Origin: Octopus bimaculoides
Lineage: Eukaryota
Direction of reading: 5' to 3'
Length of the DNA: 64,000 nucleotides
NCBI RefSeq assembly: GCF_001194135.2
Contig: NC_068982.1
Span: 32,837,701-32,901,700 of the forward strand
Positions 13,041 to 25,789 of this stretch are shown here, in pieces (within the stretch, counting starts at the first letter, position 1; every line of letters begins with the position of its first letter). The notes under the pieces were generated by a model, which made no database searches, was not told where the DNA came from, and saw only the letters and a list, made by a program, of their open reading frames with translations. Position numbers and translations under genes: made by a program.

Positions 13041-13452
13041 ATAATTGTTAAAGAGGACAGCAAACATTAAGACAAGGCAAACATCTCAAGTCATATACCT
13101 TATTATTATTGGAAAAGAATTCAAAGTCTTACACCTGTTTCTGGGATATCCCAGAGTATGGGATATTCCGTCATCAGAGACAAATTGAGAAAAATAGGGA
13201 AATCAGATATCCCAGAAACAGCTGTAAGACTTTGAATTCTTTTCCAATAATAATAATGAATATAACTTCAGATGTTTACCTTGCTGTAACGTTTGTTGTC
13301 TTCTTTAACAATTATACATCAACTATGTAAGAAATGTGCAATGGCTCCATAACTACCGTCTCGGCTACAACCTTGGAACCTTAGTAATCCTTTGCATCAC
13401 TTACCTAACGTACCTATTCGTTTAGATCACCTGTGAACTAAACCCCAATACT
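13041..13452. mobile_element. Penelope-type or retrozyme-like non-autonomous element with inverted terminal segment
   Basis: 110-bp inverted arms at 13041-13150 and 13206-13315 carry the hammerhead sequence. The about 245-bp tail (...ttagatcacc..tgaa.taaac.cc..atact) is shared with 18612-18864. Confidence 0.6.
13126..13181 (-). ncRNA. Minimal type-I hammerhead ribozyme motif with intact catalytic core
   Basis: Minus strand reads GUCU CUGAUGA C GGAAUAUCCCA UACUC UGGGAUAUCCC A GAAAC AGGU GUA AGAC. Helix I is GUCU/AGAC, helix II has 10 of 11 pairs, and the core CUGAUGA/GAAA and GUA cleavage triplet are intact. The pair closing helix II is a C-A mismatch. Confidence 0.65.
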
Positions 13453-13453
13453 T

Positions 13454-13494
<41 letters not shown>

Positions 13495-13503
13495 ATAAAC
13501 GTG

Positions 13504-13542
<39 letters not shown>

Positions 13543-14749
13543 ATATNNNNNNNNNNNNNNNNNNNNNNNNNNNNNNNNNNNNNNNNNNNNNNNNNNNNNN
13601 NNNNNNNNNNNNNNNNNNNNNNNNNNNNNNNNNNNNNNNNNNNNNNNNNNNNNNNNNNNNNNNNNNNNNNNNNNNNNNNNNNNNNNNNNNNNNNNNNNNN
13701 NNNNNNNNNNNNNNNNNNNNNNNNNNNNNNNNNNNNNNNNNNNNNNNNNNNNNNNNNNNNNNNNNNNNNNNNNNNNNNNNNNNNNNNNNNNNNNNNNNNN
13801 NNNNNNNNNNNNNNNNNNNNNNNNNNNNNNNNNNNNNNNNNNNNNNNNNNNNNNNNNNNNNNNNNNNNNNNNNNNNNNNNNNNNNNNNNNNNNNNNNNNN
13901 NNNNNNNNNNNNNNNNNNNNNNNNNNNNNNNNNNNNNNNNNNNNNNNNNNNNNNNNNNNNNNNNNNNNNNNNNNNNNNNNNNNNNNNNNNNNNNNNNNNN
14001 NNNNNNNNNNNNNNNNNNNNNNNNNNNNNNNNNNNNNNNNNNNNNNNNNNNNNNNNNNNNNNNNNNNNNNNNNNNNNNNNNNNNNNNNNNNNNNNNNNNN
14101 AGAGAGAGAGAGAGAGAGAGAGTAGTTTATTTTCCTAGACTTCAGTATTGTGTTGATACACATTAGTACATATATTACCGAAAGCAATGAAGTAAGTTGT
14201 TAGGAACACTATATAAGTGAACTTCCCAGCAGGTTAAATAAGCTATTCGTGTCACTAAGTTGAATCAACTTCTCGATTAAGTTTCCAGCAGTGATGATAT
14301 TTAGAAAAATTGCGAAAGTAAGAAACAATAATTTCATAGCATTTTTCTTTTTTATTGTTACTAGGTCAATTGATACTCACACGGAAAGCTCTTGAAGTTT
14401 TAATACAATAAAGCTATAATATGGATACAGATATTTAAAACATTTCAAATAACAGGTGACTGGACCGGCAAGAAATAGCAAGTAAGTCGTTATCAAAGCA
14501 TATCCTGCAGTCTTAACAAAAAAAAACCCCCAGAACACTTGGATACTGTAGTAATAGTTATCCAAAAAGAACGAGAGGCCAACGACTGGAAACACTTTTA
14601 ATTATAGGTTTATTCACTGACCTAGGATTAAACAACAAAATATTAACCGTTGGAATCGAAAATCAAGTTAGATTTATGTAATAACATGATAAAGTTCAAA
14701 CGTTACAGTGAAGTTTGTGGTTTTAATGAGGGGGATATACGTTTCTCTT

Positions 14750-15128
14750 TTAACTCTTCTACTTGTTGAAGTCATTAGACTGCGTTCATGCTGGGGTACT
14801 GCCTTGAGGGATTTTTAGTCGAATGAATCAACCCCAGGACTTATATTTTGTTCATTGGTACTTTTTTTTTGCCGAACCGCTAAGTTAGGTGTGTTTACGT
14901 CTCCGTAACTTAGCGGTTCGGCAAAAAGAGACCGATGAATATATATATATATATATATATTTATACTATGGGCTTCTTTCAGTTTCCGTCTACCATATCC
15001 ACTCACAATGTTTTGTTCGGTCCGAGGCTATAGAAGAAAACATTTGCCCAAGGTGACAAGCAGTTGGACTGAACTCGGAACCCTGTGTTTTGGAAGCAAG
15101 CTCCTAACTACACGGCCACCTCAGCGCC
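14750..15128 (-). mobile_element. SINE family B with internal (TA)n
   Basis: Reverse complement of family B: tail, (TA)n at about 14939-14960, cttctttcagtttccgtctacc, head ending ...ctacacggccacctcagcgcc. Confidence 0.75.
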
Positions 15129-17064
15129 TATAATATCTAGTATAGATACTGTAGGTGGGGGGAATCTAGTAATGACAGAATTGATAGTATCTGAGTTGAG
15201 AATTAGTAGTAATAGTATATTAAGTGTGAACTAGTAACGATAGTTGATAGAGGGTCTTAAATATAGCAATAAAAACGAAGGGCGTATATGAAGCTTATAT
15301 AAAAAAAATGCGATATTGTGTAGCAGTGCAAGAATGCTAGTAAATGGGCAAAATGTAAAAAAAAAAAAAAAAAAAAAAAAGAAATGTTTTAATACGCCAT
15401 CTTTAATTTACTGCAAGTCTAAATTCAATGGCAGAAACGCCGAAATATCGGCATGGCTAAAACATTCATTTTTCAACCTTATGATTCCATGTTTGGTCCC
15501 TCATGCGATACTTTGGTTAAGCGTATTCTGCTATAGAATCGAGTGTAATACAATTATATAAGTATATATTTATACGTGACTGTATCTCAATCATTTACTG
15601 TCTCAGAATTCGAACAGTTATAGCGACTGAAGCCATAGGAGAATCAAATATGGTATCATAGCAGATATCAACAATTCACTTTGCCTCAAATCGTCAAACG
15701 AAAATTCATTTATTTATAACATTATAATCTAACTATATTGTCCGATATTCTGACGATTCCGCCCCTACCCATCCTTTGGATAACGTCATTGCTGTGGAAA
15801 GGGAATATTTGCTCGCTGGGCATCCACTAGTTTTTTTAATAAAAATTACTTTTAAAGTTTACTTTCGGTGTACGATACTTGGAGAATTACTTTTCTGAGA
15901 TCTATGAACCACGGTTGACTCTGATCGGCAGAGACCTTAGATTGGACAGGTGATATCTCTATTTGAAAAAGAGTCATTGGCTTTATTGAATACTATAAAT
16001 TACAGGTCAAACAAAATAGATAAATACTTAGCAGAATTTCTTCATGTTCTTCTTATTTTGAGTACCAATGCCGCGGAGATCGACTTTGACTTTCATCCTT
16101 TCGGAGTTGATAAACTAACTTCTAGTTGAGCACTGGGGTTGATGTGATCGACTTATCTCCCCACCCCCTCAAAATTGTTGGCCTTGTGCCTAAATTAGAA
16201 AGAAAATTATTATCATAAAAATATTTCCACGACTCAATTTGTTTCTTTCAGATAAAACTGTATATAGATATGTAGATATGATATATGTAACAGACATATT
16301 GAGCTTGATATGTTAATTATGTGATATTTACATATTTTGAAATATGTTTCAATTATGAGAATCTTAGAAAGAGTTATAGAATGAGAGGTTAGGGATATTT
16401 TCAAGATATATATCGTGTTATACATTATAGTTACTATTATTTATCCTCAGGTCATTCGTTATTCAAAACCCTGAGATTATAGTTGTTCATTCCGTATTTT
16501 TGCATATTTAGGAGAACATTGTAAATTCTGATTTAGACAGTGTCATATATAAGAGTGTAATAAAGATGGCTATTGATATGTGAGTTGAACGAAAATTCTT
16601 AGTGTTGAAGATACAAAGATGTAACGATGTGGAGATGTCTTAGATATTAGATATATAATATACCATTGGTATAAATAGAATATAGAGAGTTTTATTAAAG
16701 ATGCTAGAGATATGTAGGAAACATTATTTTCAAACATAATTTTATCATGGACAGCTGAATCGACACAGACAATGTAATAAAACGGAAAATTAGAATCAAT
16801 AGATACACAAACAACAACAAATATACATAAACATAAAATTCGTTCTGCTATAACGGGAAATAACAGCCTTATCTTACTTGACATCTTAGAAACACCTCTC
16901 TAGCTTGGAGCCACTGCATCCTCTTTAGCGCCTACAACCAGCTCGTATCAGCTGTTTTTACGCCACATAAAGAATGAGCAAGCTGAATATCTCAAGCAAT
17001 CCGTTAGTCAAGTTGCGAATGTCTTTAAATTATTCTGCTATNNNNNNNNNNATCTATATATATG

Positions 17065-17100
<36 letters not shown>

Positions 17101-17164
17101 TATATATGTATATATATAAATATATATATATGTGTGTGATATATATGATATATATGTATGTATG

Positions 17165-17198
<34 letters not shown>

Positions 17199-17384
17199 TG
17201 TATGTGTATATATGTGTGTGTGTGTATGTGTGTGTGTGTGTGCATATATATGACGATAAAAAACAGTCCTCTATACCCTACCAACATGGCAAATACCAGC
17301 ATGGCGGCACACTGAGTCAACTTGAAATCTGCATTTTATTCAAGCACCCGAAGGACACAACACTCAGATATATATATAAATAAA

Positions 17385-17588
17385 GCGAGCTCCCAGAAAC
17401 GTTAGCACGCCGGACGAAATGCTTAGTGGTATTTCGTCTGTCTTTACTTTCTGAGTTCAAATTCCGCCGCGGTCGACTTTGCCTTTCATCCTTTCAAGGT
17501 CGATAAATTAAGTATCAGTTGCGTAATGAGGTCGATCTAATCGATTTGTCCCCTCCCCAAAATTTCGGGCCTTGTGCCTAGAGTAGAA
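17385..17588 (+). mobile_element. SINE family A
   Basis: gcgagctcccagaaacgttagcacgccggacgaaatgcttag...gagttcaaattccgcc...tttcgggccttgtgcctagagtag. Confidence 0.8.
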
Positions 17589-18566
17589 TATAACACGATA
17601 TATACATAAACATAAAATTCGTTCTGCTATAACGGGAAATAACAGCCTTATCTTACTTGACATCTTAGAAACACCTCTCCAGCTTGGAGCCACTACATCC
17701 TCTTTAGCGCCTACAACCAGCTCGTATCAGCTGTTTTTACGCCACATAAAGAATGAGCAAGCTTAATATCTCAAGCAATCCGTTAGTCAAGTTGCGAATG
17801 TCTTTAAATTATTCTGCTATAAAACAACGACAAACAGTCAGGTACATATGAAGAGACAGTAAATGATTGAGATACAGTCACGTATAAATATATACTTATA
17901 TAATTGTATTACGCTCGATTCTATAGCAAAATACGCTTAACCAAAGTATCGCATGAGGGACCAAACATGGAATCATAAGGTTGAAAAATGAATGTTTTAG
18001 CCATGCCGATATTTCGGCGTTTCTGCCATTTAATTTAGAGGGCTTTTTTCAGGCAGACTCCACATGTGGAGAGCTGGCCTTGGTATGGGACATCAGAATC
18101 TCTTATTTTTGATTTTTGATTTTACTTTACTTCCCCTCTCATTCATTCTTTCCCGCATCTTTCCCATTCCTGTCTTTTCTCTCTTTCTTCTCTCTTTCTC
18201 CTTCTTTTCTCTCTTTCTCCTCTCTCTTCTATTCACTCACTCACAACCAACTTTTGTCTATCTTGATGTCTGTCTTTCTCACTTTATATAGCCACGTGGA
18301 TCATTTACACTTAATCCATTCCTTCAAAATGAACGCATCATTCACAATACTGCCAAAATACTGCCTGGATTTACCTGGGATTAAACCTAAGGGCCTATAC
18401 CTTCACGGAAGTAGGGACCAACCTCCATACGCTCTTGAAAAAAGATGAACTATGAACTTTATTCTCCTGTCTGTATTCTTTTATCTACTTTTACTCTTTA
18501 ATCTTCTATTTTATTCCTTATAAACTGCGAATATCCCTGTCTGAAACTTTCATACACACTCACCTT

Positions 18567-18863
18567 GTCTCTGATGGAATACTCAGCGCAGGGACATACT
18601 AACCTATCATTTGGGATATCCCAGAAACAGCTGCAAGACTTCAAATTCACCTTACCCTAAATTATTATAAATGACTTGAGATACGCGTCCTACCTTGGTT
18701 CTTGTTGTCTTTTTCCTCTAATATATACCTGCTAACACGGAAGCCTAATACGGATCCCTAGCTCCAGCCTCAGCCTTGAACTTAGAACCTAACGGATGAC
18801 CAATTATAGCACTTACTCAGCGTGTCTATTCATTTAGATCACCATTGAATTAAACACCTCATA

Positions 18864-18864
<1 letters not shown>
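18567..18864 (+). mobile_element. Second hammerhead-bearing Penelope-type element (degenerate core)
   Basis: gtct ctgatgg ... tgggatatccca gaaac agct gca agac (core A9 and the cleavage triplet are mutated), followed by the tail shared with 13206-13452 and a (TC)n(TA)n end. Confidence 0.55.
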
Positions 18865-18908
<44 letters not shown>

Positions 18909-19416
18909 NNNNNNNNNNNNNNNNNNNNNNNNNNNNNNNNNNNNNNNNNNNNNNNNNNNNNNNNNNNNNNNNNNNNNNNNNNNNNNNNNNNNNNNNNNNN
19001 NNNNNNNNNNNNNNNNNNNNNNNNNNNNNNNNNNNNNNNNNNNNNNNNNNNNNNNNNNNNNNNNNNNNNNNNNNNNNNNNNNNNNNNNNNNNNNNNNNNN
19101 NNNNNNNNNNNNNNNNNNNNNNNNNNNNNNNNNNNNNNNNNNNNNNNNNNNNNNNNNNNNNNNNNNNNNNNNNNNNNNNNNNNNNNNNNNNNNNNNNNNN
19201 NNNNNNNNNNNNNNNNNNNNNNNNNNNNNNNNNNNNNNNNNNNNNNNNNNNNNNNNNNNNNNNNNNNNNNNNNNNNNNNNNNNNNNNNNNNNNNNNNNNN
19301 NNNNNNNNNNNNNNNNNNNNNNNNNNNNNNNNNNNNNNNNNNNNNNNNNNNNNNNNNNNNNNNNNNNNNNNNNNNNNNNNNNNNNNNNNNNNNNNNNNNN
19401 NNNNNNNNNNNNNNNN

Positions 19417-19647
19417 TTATTTCTTTACTACCCACAAGGGGCTACACACAGAGGGGACAAACAAAGACAGACAAACGGATGAAGTCGATTATATCGACCC
19501 CAGTGCGTAACTGGTACTTATTTAATCGACCCCGAAAGGATGAAAGGCAAAGTCGACCTCGGCGGAATTTGAACTCAGAACGTAGCGGCAGACGAAATAC
19601 CGCTAAGCATTTCGCCCGGCGTTCTAACGTTTCTGCCAGCTCGCCGC
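19417..19647 (-). mobile_element. SINE family A, young full-length copy
   Basis: Close reverse-complement match to 6526-6759, including the ccccttgtgggtagtaaagaaataa tail. Confidence 0.88.
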
Positions 19648-19730
19648 TTATTTATGTGTGTGTGTGTGCGCGTGCACGTGTGTGTGTGCGCGTGCACGTG
19701 TGTGTGCGCGTGCACGTGTGTGTGCGCGTA

Positions 19731-19769
<39 letters not shown>

Positions 19770-21621
19770 ATGTATACATATACACAAAATTTTATTTTAC
19801 CGAGTCAAATTTGAAATCTTTTATGTAATATTTGCTATTATCTATCAATGTTCTAGTTCGTGCAACCTAACACAATGTAATGAATCTTCCCTAAAAACAA
19901 CAAACTGAAAGTCTTTTAACCGAAAATAATCACAACGAACAATTAAGATTTTATTTCACGATGACACTAAAGCTATGCATGCCGAAGAGATACGTAACCT
20001 TTTTAACAGAAACATTTTTTACGAATGAATGTCATGTAAAAATATACTGTTATTTTATAAAAGTGAGAAATTGTGGGCAGAATGAGAAAGAGAGGGAGCA
20101 GAGAGATAGAAAGGAATAAGAGAGTAAAGCAAACTAGATAACAAGTGAGAGAGGGGAAGTGAAAGTGACTGAGTGAGAGCAATTAGAGAGTAGAGTGTTG
20201 GAGGATTTGTTTGTTGTTAGATATGTATACATCTTGATTTTGAAGAAGTTATTTCAAGATCTGCATGAAGAAAACTTGAAAGCGAATAATCAATTGAGAA
20301 GTAGGAAAGAAATGGTATAATCTTTATGGAAAGAAAATGAAAGAAATTGTGAGAGGGAACGAAAGAAATAAAACTGAAAGTTAGACTATTTAGATGAAGA
20401 GAACAAGTAGAAAAGTGGCAGTTTCATAATGATAAAATGTCGTTAAGACACGACTGGTGGATCGTAGTATTTTCTAAGTAACAAAACGGTTTTGCAAGAG
20501 TAATTTGACTACATTCTAGTATATAAAATTTCTTAAACATAAATTGGCAAATGTTAACTGGAAACAAACAAGTTGAAGTAGTCGCTGGAAACAAACACTC
20601 ACTAAACATAGACACAAACAAACATAAGCAGAGTTACATAAGCATACTTGGATGTAAAAAAACACAAGAGAAACCTGAAGTATATATTAGATTGCACAAA
20701 CAACATTATGATTTCATTTTAATCGTCTAAACTGTAAAATAAGAACAGACATATGACGTCTCGGAAACTTTATACTGAGTGAAAGGGGAAAGAAAATGTG
20801 TCTCAAGATGTAACAGTTAAGTTATTGTCTTCAGAAAGAATAAACTATGGCACCATATATCCCCAGCCCCAAATGTAAGGGTGATTGATTTCTGCTTATT
20901 AGTTAGTTTTCCAAATACATACATGTACCACTTTTGGAATATATAAATGTAGTACACATGTGGTCACTCCACTAAAGTGTATGTAGGATGAGGCTGCTAA
21001 GTTAAGCATATCCACAAGAGACCTAGTACTGCAAGCTAAAGAAAAACCCGTCTACATTCGTGTTGCACTTTCAGTGCTTATGAAAAGCCAGGTAAACTAT
21101 GCAACTGTATTATTAAAATTCGGCCTTATTTCACTCCAACCGATGAGATGCAACTCCCAGACATAAACGCAAGCTTTTATCCTAGTTTAAAATACAATAA
21201 TATATACAAATTTTGTGTGACACAACAGAGATACCCTCATTCTTTTCTTATTCTCTAACATGAACGTTGTTTTAATGCTTTATCTGTGGATATATTTAGA
21301 TGTTTCCAGTGAAATATGTGTATTACTATTAAATACATATATATATATATGTACTAGTGTGTGTGTTTGTGTGTGTGCATGTGTGTGAGAGAGAGAGGGC
21401 AAGAGAGGGAGAAACTGAGAGTGTGTTGTGAATGTGAGATGCAGAAGTCAACAATGCGAAGATTATTTATTTTTTATTCTTTAAAATAACTGACATTCAT
21501 TTTATTCTATCGCTATGTTGATATTTCGAGCCCGCATATGATAAAACAATTTTTAAAGACTATTGGTAAAAGCATCGTAACCATTTATAAGTGAGTCAAG
21601 CATTAGCATGTGGTGTACTTC

Positions 21622-21663
<42 letters not shown>

Positions 21664-23991
21664 TGATTCCACCAGCCCCAGGGCCAGCAAATGGCCACGA
21701 TAGTTCATAGGGGTTTCTGTGGTGAGACGTCTTTTACGGGCGACGAGTACTGGTCTTACGTCCAAACTTACTTCTTTCTCAACATGGCTTGAGACATACT
21801 ATGACAGAGTTACATACATACACACACACATACATACATACATACATACATAAATGCATACACATACATGTACATGTACGCACATACACACACCAGACAT
21901 ATATAAGTATGTATGAATGTATGTACGTATATATGTGTGTATGTATGCATACATACATGCATGCATGCATGCATGGAGACACACACAGAAACATAGAGTA
22001 TTTGATCAGTTACGGTCTTAGATATGTTCTTCAAACTTGGCGTTAAGGAAATGGACATTGCCCTAAAATTACGTACGTTTGCTATGTAGTTATATTTATG
22101 TTCATGAGAGTTCGTTAAGGCCCTGCTTGTACTTTACAATATTGACTGAATTTGTGGATACTTTTTTTTACAATAACTATAACCAAATAACATAAAGCAA
22201 GATTTTATCCGTTACTTATAGCTTCCAAAACATTATTGATAATTATATACGTGTCTGTGTGCGAACGTGTGTACGCATGTTTAAATGTATGCATATAGAT
22301 ACGTATACATACACCACATGTATATTTGTACGTGCACAAGCACGTACACGCACGCGCGCATACACACACACATACAAACGCACACACAGAAACGTACATA
22401 CGTACGAACCCGCACACATAATATATGTGTAATGTTTTATAGAGGATCTAACTCAGTCGTTGTTTTTGAGATCATACATATAGATCTTTTATAAAATTAG
22501 TTTAATTTAATAACAAACATCACTATTTAATCTAGATAATATTGTCTATGCTTATTTAATGAGATAAAGCTATATTAATACTTTTAAGACTCATATGTTT
22601 GATTACTAACAAATTTAAGATAGGATACCATCGACATGAGTATTCTTTGCAGAAGCTGTCTAGAAATGTATAGTTTTCCTAGATAGTTTCTTCAAGGAAT
22701 ATATGTGCCGATAACATCCAATATCGAATTTGTTAATAATTAATATTATGCATCTCTTGCAGATTCCTCTCAGTTCAAAATAAGCAACAAGGCTTATGAT
22801 TTAGAAATATGCATGTTTAATAGAAAAGAAAAGCTTACACGAGAAACCAAACCGCATGCAGTTTATTCACTGCTGAAGCAATCAGGATCTGTTTACCAAG
22901 GATCATATCTTGAAAAGAATTCAGAGAAAATTAATTTATGTCTATAGAATATGTAGAGCTTATATATAAATTTTTAATTTGCTTTATTCCCGTAGATTTA
23001 ACAATACGATTATAGCTATAATCGTTTATATGTCACATATTAAACAACGTCGACCATCATCTCTCAAAATAAGCATAAACTAGACTGATTCTAAATACCT
23101 GTGATAATTATCACATTGTGTTCTGTCTTTCTAATATGTATTGCCCCGTATTTTTGCATGCTATGTGATTACCACTTAAGTATTGCCTCCCAGTTGCTTC
23201 TACAAATCTTTAAGTAATCCTATTCTATGCATCTCTAATATCTAGTACTTTAATTATGTAGAACTTTTAATGTTTTAAAGTACCTACTATTTTTTCACCT
23301 GACTAGGGTTGTTATATATAATTTCAAAAAGTACTGCCATTTACTAATTTTTGCGTAAATAGCCTGACTGTAGACTACTGATATTACTAGGAAAGTATAC
23401 ATTTCTAGTGGTGTATACAAAAAGCTTTTGAACATTTTAGCTGAGTATTTGATTAAAAGAACTGTTACACCATCATATCTGATATGTTTCTTGCTATATT
23501 TTTTCCGGCACTTACGCTCAAATTTCAACTTCACCATAATCAAATTCCATTAAATAATAAGGTTATTACGCTACAACGACATCGAGTACTATGTAAAAAA
23601 AAAAAAATGAGAGACTGTCTTTGAATTTCCAATAAACCCACAAAACTAATGTAGCATGAGTCCACAAGAGACTTATGCATCCAAAGATCCCGCCAGGTTT
23701 TCGTAATTGAAAAGAAAAGTTACATCGGTTTATGCAAAAGCAATTTTAAAAGACGTTATGTATATCAACAGTCTTCTTTCTGGCACATCGACAAATGTAA
23801 AGCCACAAAGTTGTTTAGCCACCTATGAGGTTTGAATCAACCACAGGACTCATTCTTTGTAAGCCTAGTACTTATTCTATCAGCTTCTTTTGCCGAACCG
23901 CTAGTTTACGGGGACGTAAACACACCAATATCGGTTGTCAAGCGATGGTGGAGGGACAAACACAGACACACCAACATATATGTGTATTTTT

Positions 23992-24175
23992 ATTAATATT
24001 TAGCAGAAGTAACTGAGTGACTCACGGTCCAAGAGTTTCGTGCGTTGGCACTTATCAATATATTTATCAACAGCTATATAAACTCATAGCTCTTCCACAG
24101 GTAAAGAGTCTGATAAATGCCAACGCACGAAATTCTCGGAGTTTGAGTCACTCAATACTTCTGCTAAATATTAAT
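23992..24175. mobile_element. Small foldback element (MITE-like), about 66-bp inverted arms
   Basis: attaatatttagcagaagtaactgagtgactcac...tttcgtgcgttggcacttatca (23992-24057) is the imperfect reverse complement of 24111-24175. Confidence 0.7.
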
Positions 24176-24190
24176 GTATGTATGTGAGTA

Positions 24191-24234
<44 letters not shown>

Positions 24235-25660
24235 TGAGTGTGTGTGTGTGTGAGTGTATATATACTCACATATATATATATATGCACAAATACACATATT
24301 TATATATACAGATACATACATACACACACATACACACACATACACACACACACACACATATACGTGTATATGTATGTATGCGTGTATGTGAGTATGATAT
24401 TCATCAATGTCAGTGAAAATAATCTCACACACCACAAATTTACAATTTACGATATACTCCTACTTAAGGTGGAAGTCAACAGGAGAAATGAATGATTAAT
24501 TGTGGATGACTAGAATTTCCGTCTTCACTTCAATAAGTTTTGAAAAATATAACCGTAACATATTTGTGACATACTCTTCTATGCCGTCGTTAGTGTCAAA
24601 TGTACTAAAATACCCATGGAAAATTTATGATCGTTTTTGAGTTCGGATTTAGGGACATATATGTTTCCATGCGTGTGTAAGAGAGACAGAGAGAGAGAAA
24701 GAGAGGTAGAGAGTGGGGGAAGAGCGAAAGTGAGAGACGGGGAAAAAGTGAAAGCGATTTGAAAAGTAATTGAGGGATATGTTAGACAAGCATGAAGAGA
24801 AGGATTTTAAAAAATAATGAGCATGTAGATATACATACACAGGCTCTCCCTTTCTCTCTCCCTATATATATGTGTGTGTGTATTTATGTGTATGTTGTTA
24901 NNNNNNNNNNNNNNNNNNNNNNNNNNNNNNNNNNNNNNNNNNNNNNNNNNNNNNNNNNNNNNNNNNNNNNNNNNNNNNNNNNNNNNNNNNNNNNNNNNNN
25001 NNNNNNNNNNNNNNNNNNNNNNNNNNNNNNNNNNNNNNNNNNNNNNNNNNNNNNNNNNNNNNNNNNNNNNNNNNNNNNNNNNNNNNNNNNNNNNNNNNNN
25101 NNNNNNNNNNNNNNNNNNNNNNNNNNNNNNNNNNNNNNNNNNNNNNNNNNNNNNNNNNNNNNNNNNNNNNNNNNNNNNNNNNNNNNNNNNNNNNNNNNNN
25201 NNNNNNNNNNNNNNNNNNNNNNNNNNNNNNNNNNNNNNNNNNNNNNNNNNNNNNNNNNNNNNNNNNNNNNNNNNNNNNNNNNNNNNNNNNNNNNNNNNNN
25301 NNNNNNNNNNNNNNNNNNNNNNNNNNNNNNNNNNNNNNNNNNNNNNNNNNNNNNNNNNNNNNNNNNNNNNNNNNNNNNNNNNNNNNNNNNNNNNNNNNNN
25401 NNNNNNNNNNNNNNNTAATTCCCAAATTTTATTTTGGTACTTATGGGAGCAACTGTCTTCGAAGACTCATATTGTCGTCCAATGCTCGAAATGAGGAGTA
25501 GATAGACAGCCAACAACTGATGAAGGGTCGTTCTTTATATTACTTGCCCTGTTTTCCGTTGTTTCTCTAGTTGTTTGCGTATTGAAGTCAGTTGTTTTCG
25601 TATTTCATGTTGTTTACTGTTGGTGACGTCCTGTACCCATATATGCATATATATATACAT

Positions 25661-25729
<69 letters not shown>

Positions 25730-25749
25730 TATACATACATTATTTATAT

Positions 25750-25789
<40 letters not shown>

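Noticed and set aside
13453-14187. Long ORFs in the track (also 18884-19435, 24792-25516, 40634-41034, 56619-57242, 60232-61161)
   Set aside because: They are read-through of N-runs and flanking microsatellites and carry no coding information.
22839-22908. Minus-strand 70-nt exon-like segment (MILGKQILIASAVNKLHAVWFL) with AG and GTAAGC
   Set aside because: Plausible splice sites are common by chance, and there is no partner exon or homology.
23295-23543. 82-aa non-repetitive minus-strand ORF
   Set aside because: No recognisable domain or splice context; a few ORFs of this length are expected by chance in 64 kb.
25518-25555. CTGATGA followed by a possible stem (also 48162)
   Set aside because: No GAAA or NUH elements follow, so it is not called a hammerhead.
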